DNA of 17,214 nt from an uncultured archaeon (GTDB lineage: Archaea; Asgardarchaeota; Thorarchaeia; Thorarchaeales; Thorarchaeaceae): assembly GCA_964631415.1 (NCBI GenBank), contig CAZVZC010000021.1, positions 1 to 17,214 of the forward strand, read 5' to 3'. The translations under genes were made by a program, and so were the position numbers. A model generated the notes under the pieces. It saw only the letters and a program-made list of their open reading frames with translations, had not been told where the DNA came from and did not search any database. Each line of letters begins with the position of its first letter. Position 1 is the first letter of the stretch. This document shows, piece by piece, positions 1 to 5,890 of the stretch.

Positions 1-1
1 A

Positions 2-601
2 TGTGGCTACTCTGGCACCTATCACAGCACTGACGGTGGCCAAACGTGGGCAAAGGTGTTCAATCTGGGTGGTTGGGCCATGTCCTTCGTGAGCAAAACT
101 GAGGCTTGGCTTGTGGATGACGACTGGCTTGCTCACATGACGAATGGAGAGAATTGGACCGAACTGACAGTACCAGGGGGCATTCCATGGTTCCGTCTGA
201 TGGGCCCCTACCTGACAGACATCCAGTTTGTCGACGAGGACCACGGGTGGATCGTAGGCATCGAAACACCAGTCATGTACACTCCTGACGGCGGAGCGAA
301 CTGGTACAGGCAGAGCGTGCCCCCGAAAGTGGATGACACAGATCCACGGATTATGGCGATCGACTGCATCAACGTGACCCATGGCTGGGCAGTCGGATCG
401 AATGGCGTCATAATGAGGACTATTAGTGCGGACAGCCTTGGAGTGCGTCTCTGGGGTGGGTCTGCAGACCCCCTGTTCCTGTCAGCAATCGCGGCTGTGG
501 TCGTGGTCATAACGGGAGGAGTCTTCGTGTTTTGTCGTCGGAAACGGAGGTCTGTTGGTTCGCCACCTACCGCGAAGCCGGGCTCACCAGAACTAGCATA
601 G
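2..601 (+). CDS. BNR/Asp-box repeat (YCF48-like beta-propeller) surface protein with C-terminal membrane anchor; 5'-truncated by window edge
   Basis: Frame open from base 2 (CGYSGTYHSTDGGQTWAKVF...). Asp-box-like motifs STDGGQTW, MTNGENW, TPDGGANW; YCF48-like 'IQFVDEDHGWIVG' and 'HGWAVGSNGVIMRT'; C-terminal hydrophobic helix followed by RRKRR; TAG at 599-601. Confidence 0.85.
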   Translation, partial: CGYSGTYHSTDGGQTWAKVFNLGGWAMSFVSKTEAWLVDDDWLAHMTNGENWTELTVPGGIPWFRLMGPYLTDIQFVDEDHGWIVGIETPVMYTPDGGANWYRQSVPPKVDDTDPRIMAIDCINVTHGWAVGSNGVIMRTISADSLGVRLWGGSADPLFLSAIAAVVVVITGGVFVFCRRKRRSVGSPPTAKPGSPELA

Positions 602-800
602 TCTTGGCCGAATGGGTATGGTTCCAGAAGCATTGAACAAAGCGGATGGGACAGGCCCTCATACTCTCCCATTGCCTGAACGAAGTGGCAGACCTCTTCG
701 CATCTCCATTCATCGTTGCTGATTGCGCCAGCGTGGCCATGTATTGTGTCAATGTCATTCGGCATACCCAAAGAGTTGGTCATAGCTGATGTTTCATTCT

Positions 801-870
801 GAGATATGACGGAAGCCACGGAGTTGCACGCGTGTCGGAGTCTACTCCTTCAGCATCGCTTCAATCTCTT
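801..870 (-). repeat. Detached copy of the hdrA 3' end plus 3' flank (candidate att-like direct repeat, copy 1)
   Basis: Ungapped match to 5821-5890 at 56/70 nt, with a perfect 19-nt core agcatcgcttcaatctctt (852-870 = 5872-5890). The minus strand encodes EIEAMLKE-stop, as does the hdrA C-terminus. Confidence 0.9.
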
Positions 871-890
871 GGATATGCTTGTCGGTTCAA

Positions 891-1060
891 TCACTTTCCA
901 GAGCGGAGTAGACAGACAGCCATGCCAATCAGGATGAGTCCCGCGACAAGGCATTCCAAGTGGGGCCATGAGGATCCGTGCCTGGAGTGAACCCAGCAAG
1001 TATCACTAATGTGACTCCAATCAATGCGAGCAGAATGCTCGGTAGCGCTATCCCCCTCAT
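891..1060 (-). pseudogene. Small two-TM membrane protein, frameshifted (or intact 43-aa single-TM peptide 929-1060)
   Basis: ATG at 1060 overlaps the upstream stop (ATGA). Reads MRGIALPSILLALIGVTLVILAGFTPGTDPHGPTW... to TGA at 929-931. A second hydrophobic helix, LVAGLILIGMAVCLLRSGK*, lies in another frame ending at 891. Confidence 0.5.
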
Positions 1061-2346
1061 GTTTCAATCTCCTTCGACTCGACTTGGCTTCGAGTTTCAT
1101 ATGATTCCTCGTGGGATTCAGGAGAACTGTCTGACGATACGTATCTGCGCATCCACAAGAAACCGACCAACGCACAGAATAGGGAGAGAAGGCACGCAGT
1201 AGCCACGTTCTCTATGGAGTTGCGAGGGATGATTCCTCCACCAGAAAACTGGAGGAATGGACGAAAACTCTCTCCTGTGCGTGCGTCCACAGAATATTCA
1301 GACACACTCACTCCCCACGGTCCGGTCACATTATACTCGAAAGACCATGTAAGTCTGAGCTCCCAAGAATACGGCTTAGGTACGAAATACGGCATAGGTT
1401 CAAGCCGAAGGCATACCTGCCTCTCAGAGTAGCTATCATATCCATATGAGATGGCCACGTTTCTGGCAACATTGACATCTACAAGCCCTTCTGTACCAAG
1501 TCTGGGAATCTCCAGAGCCATATACTCAAAGCGAAAGACTCGTCCTGTTATCGCATCAATCTCTAGTAGCACGCCCTGAAGCCACTTGACTGGCAAGACC
1601 TCATTATTTGGTATCGCCAGTTCGATGTGGTATATCGGACGGGAATAGTTCTCAGGCTGACCGGGCTCTGTGTCGACCTCTTGATACTGCAGCCTAGTAT
1701 CAATCAGCCTTGTAGAGCGGGGAAGTGTGTAGTTGTGTGAATAAAGAAAGTCGTGAGAGATGATTCCTGCTTGGTTTGGGTCTATCAGTCTGCCATCCGG
1801 GTTCATGGGGGTAAGAATCCAACTATGATGGGAAGAGAATTCGGAGGACCAGACCTCGTAGTACATAGCGACCTTCCCTGACACCGAGTTGACAGAAACC
1901 CGAACGTAGAGCCCATAGAGCATCATTGGCCCTGTATATGACTCGTTCGTGAACGTGTAGTGCCACAGCCGTCCGTCCATACCACCTTGTGGATTGTCAG
2001 GTACACGACTGCTCAGCAGTGACTTGAGATGACTGTCGATGAATGCACATGCTAGGTCTGAGCCTGCAGCGTCCGAGATAGCTGGCTCATGAAGGGTCAG
2101 CAGGTACGTGTGTGAGAATCTTGGGGACTCCAGCCATTCACCAGTGAAGGTGACAGGATCAGTATCATTAGCCGCCAGCGATGCATACACAGTTTCCGAG
2201 ATTGGTTCCCCTGGCAGAGGGATTGTTAGGGCACCATTCCTAGTAGTCTGATAGATTGCATAAGGGACTAGCATACCCGTGAGTGTAGAAACAAGCAGTA
2301 CGGCGGTGATGGGAGTCCGGAAGCTTAGTGAAGACATAGGAATCAC
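1057..2346 (-). CDS. Membrane-anchored extracellular protein with three PepSY-like motifs
   Basis: 429-aa ORF (GTG 2346; alternative ATG 2337). N-terminal and C-terminal hydrophobic helices; repeated motifs VSVNSVSGKV, LEIDAITGRV and YSVDARTGES resemble the PepSY 'xIDAxTGxV' signature. Confidence 0.8.
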   Translation of the reverse strand: MIPMSSLSFRTPITAVLLVSTLTGMLVPYAIYQTTRNGALTIPLPGEPISETVYASLAANDTDPVTFTGEWLESPRFSHTYLLTLHEPAISDAAGSDLACAFIDSHLKSLLSSRVPDNPQGGMDGRLWHYTFTNESYTGPMMLYGLYVRVSVNSVSGKVAMYYEVWSSEFSSHHSWILTPMNPDGRLIDPNQAGIISHDFLYSHNYTLPRSTRLIDTRLQYQEVDTEPGQPENYSRPIYHIELAIPNNEVLPVKWLQGVLLEIDAITGRVFRFEYMALEIPRLGTEGLVDVNVARNVAISYGYDSYSERQVCLRLEPMPYFVPKPYSWELRLTWSFEYNVTGPWGVSVSEYSVDARTGESFRPFLQFSGGGIIPRNSIENVATACLLSLFCALVGFLWMRRYVSSDSSPESHEESYETRSQVESKEIET

Positions 2347-2395
2347 GATTGCCTAACGATGCTGTATGTTGACGTGTGCAGGAATAACTCTATCA

Positions 2396-2436
2396 TTAGA
2401 GCTGCCAAAGGGGTCAATGACCTAGTTTTAGAGCTG
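2396..2436. promoter_or_regulatory. Candidate operator: 9-bp direct repeat flanking an 11-bp palindrome
   Basis: ttagagctg at 2396-2404 and 2428-2436 (32 bp apart), with ggtca-a-tgacc at 2412-2422 centred between them. Lies between the wHTH gene and the PepSY-like gene. Confidence 0.3.
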
Positions 2437-2457
2437 ATCCGATTCATCACCACGAAT

Positions 2458-2901
2458 CTATGAACCAGTGTGCGCGTACCTCCAAAGGCTCAGAGTTTCA
2501 AACCAGAACACGCACACCGAAAACACAAGTACCACCGTGAGAAGGAGAAAGGCCGGTGTCAGCACCCAGTCAAAGAGCAGCAGAGTGACAATCAAGAAGC
2601 ACGTTGTGAAGACTGCGTAGAAGACATAACGAGGGATGAGGAGTCTTCCTATGACAACAAAGAACGTGAGTATCCCTGTCTTGACCACCTTAGCTGCAAA
2701 GAAGCCCTCTTGAGCATCCCTTTCCACTAGGCCGAGTTTTTCCAGCTTGTTCAGATGGTACAGAGCGAGACTGGGGCTAGAGATTCTGGTTTTGCGTTGG
2801 ATTTCCCTTGCGCTGAGAGGCCTGTTCTGTCGCAAGAGAAAAATATAGACTACCAGAGTCCTACCCTTGACCTGTTCGTAATGGTCTGGCATGTCGTCCA
2901 A
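2458..2901 (-). CDS. Membrane-bound winged helix-turn-helix transcriptional regulator (N-terminal wHTH plus two C-terminal TM helices)
   Basis: ArsR/TrmB-like wHTH 'KGRTLVVYIFLL...LSAREIQRKTRISSPSLALYHLNKLEKLGLV', then 'IGRLLIPRYVFYAVF' and two hydrophobic helices. Start TTG 2901 or ATG 2892. Confidence 0.85.
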   Translation of the reverse strand: MDDMPDHYEQVKGRTLVVYIFLLRQNRPLSAREIQRKTRISSPSLALYHLNKLEKLGLVERDAQEGFFAAKVVKTGILTFFVVIGRLLIPRYVFYAVFTTCFLIVTLLLFDWVLTPAFLLLTVVLVFSVCVFWFETLSLWRYAHTGS

Positions 2902-3039
2902 CGAAACATACTCCCGCTTGTTGCGGGCTACTTACTCAAGCAACTTAAGAGCATTCCGCAGTTCTCGCGGTTACTAACCCAGTTTCTCAGAGTCGTTCGG
3001 GGAGATTTCAGCGGCCGAAGCATTAGTTGAGCAGCCCCG

Positions 3040-3590
3040 TGTGATGCCTCCATTGTGAAACCACATCTATAGAGCCTCTTGGTCCTGTAATCGACAATCC
3101 CGAACCATCGTTCAACAGGGTTCCTCTTTTCAGAGATCATGTGCTTCCTCAGTATGCCAAGGCTGTTGGGAGTCCACAGGTATCGTGGTCCTTCGTCCAC
3201 GTATGCAGTCGGGAGTCCTCTGCGCTTCTGAAAGACAAGCCTGAGAATCTCCTCGTCTCAAGGGTCGGCCTCCCCCTCATGACCCAGAGAACCGGGGTCT
3301 CCGATTTGTCCACATATGTGGCTGCTCAGAGGTATCTCAGCCGACCCTCGACCAGTTTCGTCGATGGCCACTGCTGTCCTGTGTTTCCTCTCTGATTCGA
3401 AGAGTCTAGATGGTTTCAGGTACTATTCCGTTACAGACTAGTGGCTCCTGCGTCCCTTGAGGACAGGACTGATGTTCCTGACCGATAGGTCAAGATGACA
3501 GGGGAATATCTCCACGGTATGGGTTTCGCCGTCTGCCCTCTACGGCTTGAATCCACTACTCACACTCAGAGTGTTCGATACCTGCAGTAG
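3040..3590 (-). pseudogene. Decayed IS6-family (IS240-like DDE) transposase
   Basis: Minus-strand translation across two frameshifts: ...HLDLSVRNISPVLKGRRSH*SVTE*YLK...RKHRTAVAIDET / VEGRLRYL*AATYVD...RGRPTLETRRF / LRLVFQKRRGLPTAYVDEGPRYLW...RNPVERWFGIVDYRTKRLY. Catalytic D (3360-3362), D (3195-3197) and E (3111-3113) sit in archaeal IS6-like contexts. In-frame stops at 3540-3542, 3438-3440, 3423-3425 and 3326-3328. Boundaries approximate. Confidence 0.85.
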
Positions 3591-3665
3591 GACGTCACCC
3601 TGAGCAGTCAGCGGACCCTGTTCTTCCTGCCGGCCAGTGTTACGTTGATACTCTCAGTCCTACTT

Positions 3666-3681
3666 CCAAAGGATTTTTAAG
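3666..3681 (+). promoter_or_regulatory. Archaeal BRE/TATA promoter candidate for the metalloprotease gene
   Basis: ccaaaggaTTTTTAAg, about 90 nt upstream of ATG 3769. Confidence 0.45.
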
Positions 3682-3768
3682 AACATTGCTTTTGTAGAAA
3701 CACGGGGTTGTGGGTATCACTTGAGGTTCTTATTCTGCAATGCCGCGCAGTCCTAGGAATGAATCCAC

Positions 3769-5400
3769 ATGTCAAAACAGAAACTCGTTAGTTTGATTCT
3801 GATACCTCTATTCTTCATCTCAGGTATGGGTGCCGACTTCACCTTGGCCGCGCCGGGTGGCGCCGTGCAGAGCCCGGGCAGCACCTTGTCGTCCAGCGGG
3901 AATCGTGATGGTCTTGTTGGCGCACCAGATGTTCTGGAGTTCATGACTACCAGCTGGAGGCGCCCATTAAGCATGGACGAAGTTGCTCGAATAGAGGGCG
4001 AAGCCATGGTGAATGTATACTCGGAACCTGAAGTGCGATTGTTTCCGTCGCCGACAACGGACGGGAATGAAACATCGGTTGTGCAGACAGACGATGCAGG
4101 AGAGGGTGCAATCGAGAGCTTGCAGGAATCTGGCTGGCCATGGCAGCCTTGGCCAAAACAACGCAAGGACTTCCCAGCACTGCCCACTGCTCCTGTTCTG
4201 GAAGGGCGTTGGTGGCCCAAGAAGGACTACTCTACACTGTCCTTTGACATCCAGATAGACCTCCCAGTCCAAGGAAGTCTCTACATATGGACTTGGATTG
4301 TTCAGGACCAAGACACGCACAGTAGGTACCTGACTTTCTGGTTCGATAACAACTTCGTGCAACAGTTTGTGGTTGGCTACTATGGATTCAAGAGCTCAGT
4401 TTATGTTCCGCCTGAGAAGATTAACCCTGCACTGACAAGGCATAGGGTTGAAATATCGATAAACTACTGCGGATTGGTTGACCGGGGATGGAAACTCCTA
4501 TACACATGGGTCGGCAATGGAACGGGGCCCTCTGCTGACTATCAGCAGCCTCCATTGAGTGGCTTGGACTATCCCTATGATTTGACCGAGTTGACACCCC
4601 GGACCAGTCAGACGCACTGTGTTATGGAGTACGTTGTGCTGGCAGGCCCGAACACAGTTCTCAGCATAGTGACCCAGAATTTCGCGGATACGCTTGCCCG
4701 AACAATCTACATATACTTTGAGAAGAATGATGGCACATACGAATTAAAAGGGAACATATCGACAGGCGGTGCATTCAATGTGCTGCTTGGCGACCGGCCA
4801 GATGACTGTTACAGGAAGCTCAAGCTTGAATTCAGATATCTGCCCGACATAGACTATGCCAAGAGAATCACCACACTGGCCGTCTATCATGACGGCTGGA
4901 AACTCGAAGTGGACTACATGCCGGGTACGCCGATATCCACACTACAGGCACAAATCGAATACATGATAGCCTACTACAAACTACATTCCTACCACACTGT
5001 CACCTACAGCATTGATACGGTATTACCAGACGAACGGCCAACAACATCTCTCAAACACGAAGAATACTTTAAAGCCCATTTCTTTCACAAGGGAGTCAGT
5101 CTTTGGGAGTATGTCATCTACGTGGAAGATCTGGAATATATGGGCAAGCACCCCGCAGGATGGCACTATGCTCCAAGTCCCTACGGAATCAGGTTAGCAG
5201 ACTGGGGAATTGCCATTAATGATGATTACTCCTATATGTGGTGCGTGATCATGCACGAGTACGGTCATCACATCTACATTCTTGAGTGGTATCCATATCA
5301 GCCCGAGGTATACTGCTGGAACCATGGTTGTGTGATGAGCGACGCTGGCGGTAACGGATGGTACTGCTTCTATCACTGGTGGCTACGTCAGACCCCATGA
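3769..5400 (+). CDS. Secreted multidomain protein with C-terminal zinc metallopeptidase (metzincin/archaemetzincin-like) domain
   Basis: 543 aa. Signal peptide-like MSKQKLVSLILIPLFFISG, low-complexity region, two beta-rich segments, then LEVDYMPG, HEYGH (HEXXH), and C-x4-CVM ... YC-x2-H resembling the Met-turn and Cys site of M54 archaemetzincins. Confidence 0.8.
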   Translation: MSKQKLVSLILIPLFFISGMGADFTLAAPGGAVQSPGSTLSSSGNRDGLVGAPDVLEFMTTSWRRPLSMDEVARIEGEAMVNVYSEPEVRLFPSPTTDGNETSVVQTDDAGEGAIESLQESGWPWQPWPKQRKDFPALPTAPVLEGRWWPKKDYSTLSFDIQIDLPVQGSLYIWTWIVQDQDTHSRYLTFWFDNNFVQQFVVGYYGFKSSVYVPPEKINPALTRHRVEISINYCGLVDRGWKLLYTWVGNGTGPSADYQQPPLSGLDYPYDLTELTPRTSQTHCVMEYVVLAGPNTVLSIVTQNFADTLARTIYIYFEKNDGTYELKGNISTGGAFNVLLGDRPDDCYRKLKLEFRYLPDIDYAKRITTLAVYHDGWKLEVDYMPGTPISTLQAQIEYMIAYYKLHSYHTVTYSIDTVLPDERPTTSLKHEEYFKAHFFHKGVSLWEYVIYVEDLEYMGKHPAGWHYAPSPYGIRLADWGIAINDDYSYMWCVIMHEYGHHIYILEWYPYQPEVYCWNHGCVMSDAGGNGWYCFYHWWLRQTP

Positions 5401-5430
5401 ACCTGTGAAGTGGGGGAGAACACAAAAGGG

Positions 5431-5458
5431 AGCCGCGATTGCGGTTGCCAGGTTTTTG
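5431..5458 (+). terminator. Hairpin plus T-tract after the metalloprotease gene
   Basis: agccgc-gatt-gcggtt stem-loop (5431-5446) followed by a 5-T run, 30 nt after the stop codon. Confidence 0.35.
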
Positions 5459-5820
5459 GTCCTATTCACAGTATCCTTCGTGCCACTTTCGTTGCCCCGG
5501 GGAAACGTGGTAAAAAGGCAGCAGCATTTTAGTATCCTTCAGCATATCTCTCCTGTAGTTGCAGAAGCCTAGAACAGCACCTTGAACCTCCGCATTGCTA
5601 CGATGAAGCAGCACGTAGCACAACACCCTATCTACGATTGGCCGTCACTCCAACACAGCCACGCACATTGTCAAGGCTGTATTCTGTTGAGAAGTCGTCC
5701 CTATGTCGGGCCATATTCGTCTGACCATAGGCCCTTGATGAGTCAGTCCTGACAGCTCTCAGAGCTGCGAACAGTGCGATGAGATCGACCTTGAACAGAG
5801 TCCTGTGGTATCTCCTTGTA

Positions 5821-5890
5821 GAGATACGACAGATGCTACGCACTTTCTTGCATGGCGGACTCTATTCCTTGAGCATCGCTTCAATCTCTT
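5821..5890 (-). repeat. hdrA 3' end plus flank (candidate att-like direct repeat, copy 2, functional gene end)
   Basis: Partner of 801-870; includes the hdrA TAG at 5862-5864. Confidence 0.9.

Larger units (their letters stand above)
801..5890. mobile_element. Putative ~5 kb genomic island inserted at the hdrA 3' end (no integrase encoded)
   Basis: Bounded by the 70-bp direct repeats (offset 5,020 bp). Contains only accessory-type membrane/secreted genes and an IS6 relic. Confidence 0.6.

Noticed and set aside
602-840. mvhD or a Sec-containing partner gene after either hdrA tail; 203-aa ORF 208-819
   Set aside because: No MvhD Cys motifs in the translations checked; the ORF is mostly antisense to the BNR gene.
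1062-1072. ttcaatctc as another copy of the repeat core
   Set aside because: Explained by shared Glu-Ile-Glu codons; no flanking similarity.
2425-2436. gttttagagctg resembles the start of type II-A CRISPR repeats
   Set aside because: Only 12 nt, no regularly spaced full-length repeats and no cas genes.
3632-3648. ggccagtgttacgttga as an IS6 terminal inverted repeat
   Set aside because: It appears wrongly oriented for the relic's upstream end, and no partner repeat was found near 2950-3050.
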